Shown: piece after piece, positions 1 to 9,462 of the stretch
How positions within the stretch are numbered: the first letter of the stretch is position 1
How the letters are laid out: every line of letters starts with the position of its first letter
From: Planctomycetota bacterium
Lineage (GTDB): Bacteria > Planctomycetota > B15-G4
Reading direction: 5' to 3'
DNA length: 64,000 nt
NCBI GenBank assembly: GCA_029259745.1
Contig: JAJDEO010000013.1
Location: forward strand, 1 to 64,000
Notes under the pieces: model-generated
Database searches by the model: none
What the model was told of the DNA's origin: nothing
What the model saw: only the letters and a program-made list of their open reading frames with translations
Program-made: the position numbers and the translations under genes

Positions 1-1361
1 TCCGCGCGCGGGTCGACCTCGAGGCCGCGCGCGTCGCCTCGGCACTCGGACACATCGACGAGGCTGCCCGGCGCTACGCAGCGCTCGAAGTCACGAGTCC
101 GTCCGATGCACCCGAGGCGCTCCTCGGCTTGGCGGCGTGTCTCTCGGCGCTCGAGGACGCGACAGGCGCCGAGGCGACGTGGCGTCACCTTGCAGCCGAA
201 CACCCGACGAGTCCCCACGGCGCCGTGGCCGCGGCGATCCTGACCCATCCCGCCTTCGAGTTCATCGGCCCGTTCGATCTCACTTGGCCCGACGCCGAAC
301 TCACCCGCCTCGTCGAGCGTCGCGAACGAGCGCCACTCGGCGCCGCGACGGCCGACCGCGCGCGCTCCGATGCCCGCACGTACCTGCTCGACACGCAACG
401 CGACAACGGCGCCTGGCTCACGGCGGCGCAGGTGACGTCCGGCGCCGACTCCCGCGACGAAATCGTCGACGCCACGACGGCCCTCGCCGCGCGCGCACTC
501 CTCGCCGAACGCGAGGCACCCGGCACGCGGGAAGCCGTCGAGCGCGCGCTCGCGTGGCTGTCGCGTTCGCTCGACGAGCACCTCGCCGATTCCGGGGACT
601 CGCCATACATGGACTACGCCGTCTGGAGTCGCTGCTGCCTGTTGCTCGCGCTCGCCGACGCCATCGACGCGGGTGTCGGTGAGGCCGACGCTCACCGCGC
701 GGCGATGCGCAAGGCCCTCGATGACCTCGTCGCACGCCAGCAACCCACCGGCGGGTGGACGTACTTCCTGTCGGGCAGCGCCACAGGCGAACCTGTCAGT
801 CAGTCGATCAGCTTCGTGACGGCGTTCGTCCTGAAGACACTCGAACGCACGGCCGAGCTCGGCCTCACGGCGCCCGCCGTCACCGTGCAGCGCGGCACCG
901 ATGCGCTCGCGGCCATGCGCTCGGCCGATGTCCGCTACGCCTACATGCTCATGGACGGTGGCGTCACGTCGCCGCCCGTCAGCGAAGCCGGGTCCGCGGC
1001 GCGCGCACCGCTGTGCACGCACGCGCTGATGGAGTCGGGACGCACGTCACTCGAAGACTTGCGCGACGGACTCGACGTCTACGCCGCGCACATCGCGCCA
1101 CTGAACCACGAGGCCGGCAAGCGCATCATGCATGCCGGACCCGACGGACTCGGAGCCCACTACGTGCTCTTCGATCATCTCATGTCGGCCGAGGCGCTTG
1201 CGCCGCTGGATGCCGGCGAACGACGACGCTGGCGCTCGACGATCCTCGACGCGCTGCTCGCCGTGCGGCGCGACGACGGCTCGTTCGTCGATCTCCCGCA
1301 ACTCGGTCCCGCCACCGGCACGTCCCTCGCACTGCTCGCGCTCCAGACCCTGGCCGAGTAG
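1..1361 (+). CDS. prenyltransferase/squalene-oxidase-repeat (terpene-cyclase-like alpha/alpha toroid) protein, 5'-partial
   Basis: The frame of ORF 129..1361 stays open back to nt 3 (RARVDLEAARVASALGHIDEAARRYAALEV...), so the N-terminus lies upstream of the window. Q-x-x-x-G-(A/G)-W repeats (QRDNGAWL, QQPTGGWTYF) are typical of this repeat family. Stop TAG is at 1359-1361. Confidence 0.6.
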   Translation, partial: RARVDLEAARVASALGHIDEAARRYAALEVTSPSDAPEALLGLAACLSALEDATGAEATWRHLAAEHPTSPHGAVAAAILTHPAFEFIGPFDLTWPDAELTRLVERRERAPLGAATADRARSDARTYLLDTQRDNGAWLTAAQVTSGADSRDEIVDATTALAARALLAEREAPGTREAVERALAWLSRSLDEHLADSGDSPYMDYAVWSRCCLLLALADAIDAGVGEADAHRAAMRKALDDLVARQQPTGGWTYFLSGSATGEPVSQSISFVTAFVLKTLERTAELGLTAPAVTVQRGTDALAAMRSADVRYAYMLMDGGVTSPPVSEAGSAARAPLCTHALMESGRTSLEDLRDGLDVYAAHIAPLNHEAGKRIMHAGPDGLGAHYVLFDHLMSAEALAPLDAGERRRWRSTILDALLAVRRDDGSFVDLPQLGPATGTSLALLALQTLAE

Positions 1362-1364
1362 GTC

Positions 1365-1378
1365 GGCCCCCCGACTGT
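1365..1378 (+). terminator. short GC hairpin GTCGG-CCCC-CCGAC immediately after the stop of the first gene
   Basis: Perfect 5-bp inverted repeat 4 nt after TAG. There is no U-tract, as is common in high-GC genomes. Confidence 0.3.
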
Positions 1379-1484
1379 GCACTGAGCGCCATCGAGCAGG
1401 ACATGCGATGCACAGCGCCGTCGCGACACAGCCCGCTCGCCGCGAGCACCAAAGGGCGCAACGTCTCATCGCGCGGGCCTTTTT

Positions 1485-1649
1485 CCGGGTTATTCACGGA
1501 GATCGTCACGAGGTCGCGGCTGGGCCTTGCTGGCAAGGCGAAGCGAAGTTTCTGACCAGCAATGGCCATTGAGCACCCGAACCTTCGCTTGAACGCTGCC
1601 GGGAACGATTCAGGAACGACCGCAGCAGATCGTCCGTGAATCATCCGGG
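1485..1649 (+). repeat. MITE-like dispersed repeat, copy A (about 165 bp, full-length)
   Basis: Terminal inverted repeats CCGGGTTATTCACGGAGATCGTC ... GATCGTCCGTGAATCATCCGGG. Internal core GAGGTCGCGGCTGGGCCTTGCTGGCAAGGCGAAGCGA ... GTTCTGACC ... GACCGCAGCAGATCG is shared with copies at 40626, 42118, 51326, 32062, 27537, 48516 and 4398. It ends 78 bp upstream of the VIT-VWA start. Confidence 0.7.
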
Positions 1650-1726
1650 TTCGGACAATCGCGCTGTCATTGGCACGCGATGCGCAAAGGCAGTCTCCGT
1701 CGTCATCCCATTCACGGAGACACCCG

Positions 1727-3757
1727 ATGACCTTCTCGCTCGTACCGCGCACCGGCCTGCTCGCCGCAGCGCTCCTGCTGTCCCTTTCGGCTCCCGCTGC
1801 AGACGCCGGGGGCACGCTCACGCCCACCGGTGCCGTCGACCAAGAGATCAAGATCCTCGACCACCACGTCGACGTCACGCTCAACAACGGCTTCGCCCGC
1901 GTCGAGGTCTTCCAGACGTTCTTCAACCCGAACGCCTACGACCTCGAGGCGCGCTACAGCTTCCCGGTTCCGGAGAGTGGAAGTCTCTCGGAGATGTCCA
2001 TCTTCATCGGCGAAACGCAGCTCGACGGCGAGGTGATCGAGAAGACGCGCGCCGACAAGATCTACGAGGAAGAGCGCGCAGCCGGCAACGACGCCGGCCA
2101 CGCGACCAAGGAGAGCTACCTGCGCTACGAGTTCGCCGTCTCGCCCGTGCGCGCCGGTGACGAGACGAGCTTTCGCTTCGTCTACTACCAGCCGCTCAAG
2201 ATCGACACCGGCGTCGGGCGCTTTCTCTACCCGCTCGAGAACGGCGGCACCGATGAGATCGCGGATGCGTTCTGGACGACGAACACCGTCGTCGAGCGTA
2301 GCTTCTCGATGAACGTCGATGTCCGCTCGGCCGTACCACTGGCATCCGTGCGCATGCCGGGCTACGAAGCCGCCGCCGTCGTCACGCAGAAAGACCTTGG
2401 CGACTGGAACATCCGCCTCGACGCGGCTCGAGGCAGCCTCGCCGACGACATCGTCGTGTACTACAAGCTCGCCGAAGATCTTCCGGGGCGCATCGAGGTC
2501 ATCCCTTACAAGCCGACAAGCGACGCGACGGGCACGTACATGCTCGTCATGACGCCGGGCATCGACCTCGCACCGCTCAGTGGCGGTGCGGACTACGTCT
2601 TCGTGCTCGACCGATCGGGGTCGATGAAGGCCAAGTTGCACACGCTTGCCAAGGGCGTCAGGCAGGCGATCGGACAGATGCACGCCGGCGACCGCGTCCG
2701 TGTCGTCACGTTCGCAGAGGGCGCCACGGAGATCACGAAGGGCTGGACTCCCTGTACGCCTGAAAACATCGCGGGGATCGTCAGCAAGGTCGAGCGGCTC
2801 GAAGTCGGCGGCGGCACGAACGTCCATCGTGGCCTCGCGCACGCGCTCCGAGGTCTCGACGACGATCGCGCGACGAGCATCGTGCTCGTGACCGACGGCG
2901 TCGCGAACGAAGGCATCGTCGAACCGCGCGCCTTCCACGACCTGCTCTCGCAGTACGACGTGCGTGTCTTCGGCTTCCTCATGGGCAACGGCAGCAACTG
3001 GCCGCTCATGCGCACGATCTGCTCGGCCAGCGGCGGCTTCTACGCCGGCGTCTCGAACACCGATGACATCGTGGGCCAGATCCTGCTCGCGAAGAGCAAG
3101 ATCGCCTTCGAGTGTCTGCACGACGCCCGCATCGCGATCCGCGGCGTCGACACGCACGGCACGACAGGCGAGAACCTCGGCAAGGTCTTCCGCGGCCAGC
3201 AGCTCGTCTCGTTCGGTCGCTACGACAAGGCCGGCCGCGCGACGGTTTCGCTCGACGCCACACTGACAGGCGCCGACAAGACCTACTCAGCGACGTTCGA
3301 TTTCCCTGAAGTCGCCACGGAGAACCCGGAGATCGAACGTCTCTGGGCCATGGCGCAGATCGAGGACATCCAACACCGCATGGACATCGGCGCGGACGAC
3401 GAAGACGAGGGCGCCGCGGCGATCATGGACATCGGCGTGGAGTTCCAGCTTGTCACGGACGAGACGTCGATGATCGTGCTCGCCGACGAGGCCTTTGCCC
3501 GACACGGCATCGACCGGCGCAACCGCGAGCGGACGTCACGCGAGCGCTCGGCGCAAGCGACACGCAAGGCCGCACCCGTTCGCTCATACCGCGTCGACGA
3601 AGAAGCACCGGCGTTCAATCAGCGTGCCCCGCGGCCGAACTGGGGCAACGGCTCCGGTGGCGGCGCCGTCGACATCTGGATCTTGGCCCTCGCGGCAGGT
3701 GCGGTCTTCGCCGCGCGGCGTCGCCAGTCGGCGGATGAGGGGAAGGACGCGGCATGA
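1727..3757 (+). CDS. VIT + von Willebrand factor A domain protein with GlyGly-CTERM sorting signal
   Basis: ATG 1727 is preceded by GGAGA. Signal peptide MTFSLVPRTGLLAAALLLSLSAPAADA. VIT-like N-terminus, then a VWA MIDAS motif DYVFVLDRSGSM. C-terminus GNGSGGGAVDIWILALAAGAVFAARRR is a Gly-rich stretch, a TM helix and a basic cluster, the GlyGly-CTERM architecture. It overlaps the rhombosortase gene by ATGA. Confidence 0.8.
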   Translation: MTFSLVPRTGLLAAALLLSLSAPAADAGGTLTPTGAVDQEIKILDHHVDVTLNNGFARVEVFQTFFNPNAYDLEARYSFPVPESGSLSEMSIFIGETQLDGEVIEKTRADKIYEEERAAGNDAGHATKESYLRYEFAVSPVRAGDETSFRFVYYQPLKIDTGVGRFLYPLENGGTDEIADAFWTTNTVVERSFSMNVDVRSAVPLASVRMPGYEAAAVVTQKDLGDWNIRLDAARGSLADDIVVYYKLAEDLPGRIEVIPYKPTSDATGTYMLVMTPGIDLAPLSGGADYVFVLDRSGSMKAKLHTLAKGVRQAIGQMHAGDRVRVVTFAEGATEITKGWTPCTPENIAGIVSKVERLEVGGGTNVHRGLAHALRGLDDDRATSIVLVTDGVANEGIVEPRAFHDLLSQYDVRVFGFLMGNGSNWPLMRTICSASGGFYAGVSNTDDIVGQILLAKSKIAFECLHDARIAIRGVDTHGTTGENLGKVFRGQQLVSFGRYDKAGRATVSLDATLTGADKTYSATFDFPEVATENPEIERLWAMAQIEDIQHRMDIGADDEDEGAAAIMDIGVEFQLVTDETSMIVLADEAFARHGIDRRNRERTSRERSAQATRKAAPVRSYRVDEEAPAFNQRAPRPNWGNGSGGGAVDIWILALAAGAVFAARRRQSADEGKDAA

Positions 3758-4437
3758 CAGTGAGCCCGGCGCGTGTCGTTCCGATTCCTCGCGACCACGA
3801 TGGCCGCGCGTCGGGCTCCGATGCGTGGCGGCGGGCAGCTCACTTGCCCGTCGTCACGCTCTTGATCGCCTGCTCGGCCCTCGTCGCGGAGCTCTTGCCC
3901 GGCGCCGGGCCACTGCTCGAGTGGCACCGCGCCGCCGTCGCGAAAGGTGAACTCTGGCGCCTCGTCACGGCCCACCTCGTGCACTTCGGCTGGGCCCACC
4001 TGGCCTACGACGTCGGCGCGTGGCTGCTCCTGGCCGGCCTCAGCGAGCGCCGCGGACGCCGCACGATGGTCGCCACCCTGGCCGTCGCCGCCGCGCTGAT
4101 CCCGCTCGCCGTCGCCGTCACGCGCCCGGACCTGCTGACCTACCGCGGGCTCTCGGGCCTCGACTCGGCACTCTTCGCGCTGCTCGTCACGGACGTGCTG
4201 CGCGATCCGTCGACGCCCCGCCGCGGCCTCATCGCGCTCGTCGCCGTCGGGTTCGTCGCCAAGCTCCTCATCGAGTGCAGCGGAACCGGTGTCTTCGTCG
4301 TCACCGAAACCTTCGTGCCCGTGCCGATCGCCCACGCCGTTGGCGCCCTGGTTGGGCTCGCGATGGCGCTCAAACCCCGCGCACACCCGCGCGATGACCC
4401 GGGAAGGTTCGGCCCGGTCGCAGACGATCGTCCATGA
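3754..4437 (+). CDS. rhombosortase (rhomboid-family intramembrane serine peptidase, GlyGly-CTERM processing)
   Basis: Multi-TM protein with rhomboid motifs HLVHFGWAHLAYD, GLSGLDSALF (catalytic Ser) and AHAVGALVGL (His). It is translationally coupled to the upstream GlyGly-CTERM protein. The last 12 codons and the stop (PGRFGPVADDRP*) are contributed by MITE copy H. Confidence 0.75.
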   Translation: MTVSPARVVPIPRDHDGRASGSDAWRRAAHLPVVTLLIACSALVAELLPGAGPLLEWHRAAVAKGELWRLVTAHLVHFGWAHLAYDVGAWLLLAGLSERRGRRTMVATLAVAAALIPLAVAVTRPDLLTYRGLSGLDSALFALLVTDVLRDPSTPRRGLIALVAVGFVAKLLIECSGTGVFVVTETFVPVPIAHAVGALVGLAMALKPRAHPRDDPGRFGPVADDRP

Positions 4438-4447
4438 ATCACCCGGG
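4398..4447 (+). repeat. MITE-like repeat, copy H (50-bp minimal copy)
   Basis: CCCGGGAAGGTTCGGCCCGGTCGCAGACGATCGTCCATGAATCACCCGGG lies exactly between the convergent stop codons of the rhombosortase (TGA 4435-4437, inside the element) and the YciI-like gene (TCA 4448-4450). Confidence 0.6.
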
Positions 4448-4744
4448 TCAGCCCATCCCCAGATGGTTGTTCTCTTCGTGCGAGAGCAACCACTCTCGAA
4501 CCTCGCACGTCGAACTCCCTTCGGTGACGAACGGATCGGAGTTTGCAATCGTCCGTGCCGCTGCGAGCGAGTCGGCGCGCAGGACGATCATGCCCCCGGC
4601 TCCGTCTTCGAAGGGGCCAGCAAGGATGAGTTGACCCTGAGCATCAAGCGCTCGGAGGAACGCGACGTGGGCCCTGACGAGGGCCTCGCTGCGTGCTGTG
4701 CCCGGCGTCCGTTCCAACGTCACCACGTAGCAGCGATCGCTCAT
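4448..4744 (-). CDS. YciI-like protein
   Basis: MSDRCYVVTLERTPG...AHVAFLRALDAQGQLILAGPFEDGAGGMIVLRADSLAAARTIANSDPF matches the YciI family. ATG 4744 is chosen over the upstream ATG at 4849. Confidence 0.65.
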   Translation of the reverse strand: MSDRCYVVTLERTPGTARSEALVRAHVAFLRALDAQGQLILAGPFEDGAGGMIVLRADSLAAARTIANSDPFVTEGSSTCEVREWLLSHEENNHLGMG

Positions 4745-4938
4745 GGCCGAAGAGTCGACGTCGCTTGGATCCGACATCTTTGCTGATACAGCCTCTTTGC
4801 TGACACGACGACCGACTCCCGACCAGCGCAACGAAAGCGTTTCCGCCACAAGCTACGATGCTTCACACAAAGGGAAGCTCGTCGGCATCTTACTTCCGCT
4901 CGACGCTTCAGACTTCGAACCCTCCCGGAGGATTAGCC

Positions 4939-5265
4939 GTGACCGATGACACTGACCGTCCGCCGAAGCCGTTCCGCCAGTTCGTCGAGCGCTACCCCGA
5001 AGTGGCAAACGCCTATGAACAGCTGGGTGTGGCGGTCAGGAAGGGACCGCTGAACGAGCGCGAGGTGGCTCTCGTGAAGTTGGCTCTGTCGGTCGGCGCG
5101 CGCATCGAAGGCGGCACGCACGCGCACACTCGCAAGGCACTGGCCGCGAACATCGAACCCAAGGCCCTCGAGCAAGTCGCCGTCCTGGGCTGCCCCACCC
5201 TCGGCTTCCCGCACATGATGACCGCCCTCTCGTGGATCCGCGACGTGACGCAGGCGTCTGACTGA
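4939..5265 (+). CDS. carboxymuconolactone decarboxylase (AhpD-like) family protein
   Basis: GTG 4939 lies 8 nt after GGAGG. FVERYPEVANAYEQLGVAV...EREVALVKLALSVGARIEGGTHAHTRKA matches the AhpD-like core. Confidence 0.65.
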   Translation: MTDDTDRPPKPFRQFVERYPEVANAYEQLGVAVRKGPLNEREVALVKLALSVGARIEGGTHAHTRKALAANIEPKALEQVAVLGCPTLGFPHMMTALSWIRDVTQASD

Positions 5266-5316
5266 GCGACAAGGTCCGCGATACACCGCAAGCGACGGAA
5301 TCGTCTGCACCGATCG

Positions 5317-7131
5317 TCAGCTGTCGTACGACGCGTCGTGCGTGATGACGTGGACGCGATCGGCGGCGAGGTCAGTGCGAGTTTCTTCGGTTCCGTCGGG
5401 CCAGCGGACCGTCAGCTCGTCGACAACCGTTGCCTGCCCGAGTCCGAAGTGCAGCTCGCTCGGATGGCTGCTGAGATACGCCCCGTCGGCACCCACCTGC
5501 GCACATTGAACGAACTCACCGACGCGCACGGTCGCAACGGCACCGAGAGCTCGTTCGTTTCCACCGCGCTGCCGCAGGCGCAGAATGAATCGGTGGTGAT
5601 CGTTCGTTGTCGTGTTGCGCAGGAGGACGGGGCCTTCGCCGTGACGAGCGATGAGCAAGTCGAGGCGGCCGTCGCCGTCCCAATCCGCAGCGACACCGCC
5701 GCGTGCGACCCACGCGTCGGCCAACACGGGGCAAGCGCGCTCGCCGATCTCGAAGAAGCCGCGCTCGGGCACCTGGCGGAAGATGTGAGTTCGTTGAGGC
5801 TGGAGAAGCTTGGGCTGTCCGCTGACCTCCAGCGTACTGCCGTTCAACACCCACAGGTCGGGCCACCCGTCATCGTCGAAGTCCGCGAAGCCCGTCGACC
5901 ACCCGACCATCTGCAACGAGATCTGCCCGAGGCCATTCTGGTCGGCCTGGTCCATGAACAGCAGGCGCGGAGCGATCTCCTCGGATGACTTCTGGTCTCG
6001 CACCATGTTCTCGAAAAATGCATTCTCCTGCGCGACCCAATGCGTCACGAAGAGATCGAAGTCACCATCGTTGGAGAGGTCGGTGACGGCGAGGCCCATG
6101 GCCCCGCGGTAGTCGGCAGCGAGTGAGCTGGCTCCCACGTCTGCGAACGTGCCGTCACCTTCGTTGCGGAACACGCCGTTGGCGGAAACGTCGTTGGCGA
6201 CGTAGAGATCCAGGAGGCCGTCCATGTCGAAGTCGAACCAGATCGCGCCCAGTGAGCGCCCGGTGGGATTCGCGACGCCCGCTTCCACGGCGACCTCTGC
6301 AAAGCGACCGTCGCCCTCGTTGCGATAGAGACGATTGGCCTGCGGCGAGTAGGAAGACGGGTTGACCGTGAACGGGATCCCATGGCCGTACTGACGCGTG
6401 AGGCCGCTTCCATCGCCCTCGGGGACCTCGAAGTCCACGTAGTTGCACACGTAGAGGTCGAGGTCGCCATCGGCATCGGGATCGGCCCAGGAACACCCCG
6501 TGCCGAAGCCGGCATCGCCCACACCTGCTGCCGCGGTGACGTCGGTGAACGTTCCATCGCCTGCGTTGCGCATCAGACGGTTGGGACCCCAGGCGGTGAC
6601 GTAGAGGTCGAGGTCGCCGTCGGAGTCGTAGTCCCCGAAGGCAGCGCCTTGTCCGTAGAGCAGCAGGTCGAGGCCGGACGACGCAGACTGATCGGTGAAC
6701 GTGCCGTCGCCTTCGTTGCGCCAGAAGGCGCAGCGTCCCGTGGGCTCGGCCTGTTGCAGCGGGACATCGGCCGGGCCGGCGAAGTTCACGAGGAAGAGGT
6801 CGAGATCGTCGTCACCGTCGACGTCGCCGACCGCGAGCCCCGGCCCCATGTCCTCGGGCAGGAGTGATGAGCGCGTCGCGGGAAAGTGCTGGAACACGAT
6901 GCCGGTTCGCTCCGTCACGTCCTCGAACGTGAAGCTCACCATGTCGTCCGAAACTCCGCGCGTGAGCACACTCGTCAACCCGTCCACGCTGCCGTCCGGG
7001 TTGGCCGCGGAGGGATCCTCGCGCCCGCCGAAAGCAATCGCGACCCACGCGAGCAGAGACATCAGCACGAGAGCCGACACACCCCAGCGCAGCATCAGCG
7101 CGTGGCGCTTGCCGAGTCGTCGGCTAATCAC
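5317..7131 (-). CDS. FG-GAP/VCBS repeat protein with ASPIC/UnbV C-terminal domain (CRTAC1 family)
   Basis: Repeated DxDGDGDLDL(F/Y)V calcium-binding FG-GAP blades and RNEGDGTF motifs. N-terminal TM/signal region. The start overlaps the stop of the upstream cytochrome gene by 8 nt, consistent with an operon. Confidence 0.75.
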   Translation of the reverse strand: MISRRLGKRHALMLRWGVSALVLMSLLAWVAIAFGGREDPSAANPDGSVDGLTSVLTRGVSDDMVSFTFEDVTERTGIVFQHFPATRSSLLPEDMGPGLAVGDVDGDDDLDLFLVNFAGPADVPLQQAEPTGRCAFWRNEGDGTFTDQSASSGLDLLLYGQGAAFGDYDSDGDLDLYVTAWGPNRLMRNAGDGTFTDVTAAAGVGDAGFGTGCSWADPDADGDLDLYVCNYVDFEVPEGDGSGLTRQYGHGIPFTVNPSSYSPQANRLYRNEGDGRFAEVAVEAGVANPTGRSLGAIWFDFDMDGLLDLYVANDVSANGVFRNEGDGTFADVGASSLAADYRGAMGLAVTDLSNDGDFDLFVTHWVAQENAFFENMVRDQKSSEEIAPRLLFMDQADQNGLGQISLQMVGWSTGFADFDDDGWPDLWVLNGSTLEVSGQPKLLQPQRTHIFRQVPERGFFEIGERACPVLADAWVARGGVAADWDGDGRLDLLIARHGEGPVLLRNTTTNDHHRFILRLRQRGGNERALGAVATVRVGEFVQCAQVGADGAYLSSHPSELHFGLGQATVVDELTVRWPDGTEETRTDLAADRVHVITHDASYDS

Positions 7132-9462
7132 GCGGCGCGACTTCGATCGTGGAATGCACCTGCGTCATCAGCGTCACGGGAGAGCGAATGTCGGTCTCCG
7201 TGCCGTAGACAGCTTCCAGGAACTCCGGGTTCGCCTTGCGGTACCAGAGCGAAGCCGTGACGGTGAACGTGTCGGGAGACGTGTCGGCGTCAGCGCCGAA
7301 TGCAAAGTCCTCGACTCGCTCCCCGGGGGGCAACTTCTCGTCGTCGGGCGCGAGACGACCGCGCGACATCGAAGGGCACTGAAACTCGACATCGACGGCA
7401 TCCGACGTCGCAGGATAGACGCTCCGCTTGTAGCTCGACCCCACGAGGTCCCAGAGGTTGTGGCGATCGATCGGTTCTCCCTCGCGGTCGAACCCGACGC
7501 CCTTCATCAAGATGGGCGAGTCCGTGATCTCGTCGTCTTCGTCGAGTCCGCCTACATGAAAGATCTCGGTTCCGTCGGAAGACGTCACCAAGACCTCGAC
7601 CCAACTCTCGATCATGTCGAGTGGTCCGGTCGGGAAGTCGTGCCCGGTCTTGTTGTTCGTCAGCACGACGCGCACGACGACGTCATCGCCGGGGGCGATC
7701 CGCTCGGGCGCCACGACGTCCATGCGGACAACCGGGCCGGTCGCCCACTTGTCGGCGATCTCGGGGATCTCGTACTCGCCGCGCAACCAGGCCTCGGTCA
7801 GCCGCACGTGCTCGTCGGCCCCCTCGAGCCCGTGGAGCAACGGGATGTACTGGTTGGACGCCAGCATGCGATGGCTTCTGTGCTTGCCGTCGTCGCGAGT
7901 GCGGTTGACGTCCGTCATGTCACCGCGCGCCGGATCGGTGCTGTCCATCAGCGGCATGTGACACTCGCGACAACTGAGATCACGAGTGGAATCGTCCGGG
8001 TGATGCCAACGACTGTTCTTCCAGGAGTCATACTGATTCTGCCCTTGCACCTTGCCAATGTCGGTATTGACCTCTTTGTCGACGTACTGCTTGTGGCAGG
8101 CAGCGCAGAACTCGGGCGTTTTGTAGAGCGGACGTGAGTAGCTCTCGATGTGGTGCTCGGGGTACGTGCGAATCAGGAAGTCGCTGACGACCTTTGCGAA
8201 GTCTCCACCATTACTCTCGAAGATGTAGCGTTCGGGCTGACGCAACGTGTAGTCACCGTTGCCCTGCACGTCGGTCTGCACGATGGAGTGACAAACCAGG
8301 CACGAGCTCCCCTCGTCGGAACCTTCGGCGCTGAGAGTGATGTTGCCCTCGTTCTTGGCGCCGCTGAAGAGCGAGATCGGGTCGTGGCACCCAGCGCAAT
8401 AGCGCGTGTGCTCGGGTGACGTCTCCGCCGCCATGATCTCCTGGACACGCTGGAACATGTCGTCCAGCGCGGAGTAACGGTGTGCACTCGGAAGCCACTC
8501 TTCGTAGATCTGTGGATGACATCCGCTCGTGCCGCACCCCGCGCTGCCCGCCAGCGTCCCCGGCGGCGTCGCGCCGCGTTCGCGCACCTGACGCGCCGTC
8601 GACGTGAGGACGCGTTCGACGACATCGCGATCGACATCCGCACCGTCCACGCTCGCCACGGCAGCGCGCACGTGGTCGAAGAACCCGACCGTGTCGCCCC
8701 GTGGTTCGTCCATCGCGGCGGACAACGCGGCGCGGATGTCCGACGACACGGCCGCCAAGACACCGGTGCGCACGTCCTCTTCGACATCCACGTGCTCGAC
8801 GCGAGACATGCTCGGAGCGAAGGGGCGATCCTCGCCGAAGCGCCAGTTGTAGTCGTCGGGAAAGGGCTGCCCCACGACCGCTTGCTGATAGAAGAACGAC
8901 AGAATGCCGCCGATGATCAACAGGATGGCGGCCCCAGCGGCGCTGCGCCTGTAGAACGTGACACGCGCTGCTCGGAGACGCGCGCGTGCTTCGGCGCTGT
9001 GCACCGCGCGCACGATCAGCGTCGCCAAGTGCACGACCGTGAACAGCGGCACGCCGATGCCGCTCACGAGATGCACGATGTCCCAGAGTGTGGAAATACG
9101 CGGGCCGATCAGCCCCTGCACCGTCAGGATGACGCCGCTCGCAACACAAGCGACGAGGACGACGAGCGCGGCGTACCCCAGCAACTGATGGTGGCTGAGA
9201 TTCCCGCCACGGCGTACGAGCCAATGGCGCACGAGATACCAGCTTATCCACGGGAGTACGGCAACTCCGGCCACGGTATGCAGCAACACGCCGACCTGGT
9301 TGAAGCGACTGAACGGCAGCAGCAAGATGGCGAGTCCGGTCAGCGACTCGAAGAGCAGATAAGCGCCCGTGAGCCCTGCCAACGGCGATCGCCACTCGGC
9401 GATCGCGTCGACGCGGGCGCCCGTTTCGGAGAGGAGCGACGACCGACCCCGTGTCTCGTCTT
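7124..9462 (-). CDS. membrane-anchored multiheme c-type cytochrome
   Basis: At least five CxxCH motifs (CGTSGCH, CAGCH, CLVCH, CAACH, CRECH). N-terminal polytopic membrane domain (4-5 TM). Start ATG 9462 (MDSQDETRG...) is chosen because the in-frame upstream 70 codons are an R/G-rich non-protein-like extension. Confidence 0.7.

Noticed and set aside
1670-1726. Upstream extension (MARDAQRQSPSSSHSRRHP) of the VIT-VWA gene
   Set aside because: The extension lies inside MITE copy A's flanking region and is R/S-rich. ATG 1727 has a GGAGA RBS and starts a canonical signal peptide.
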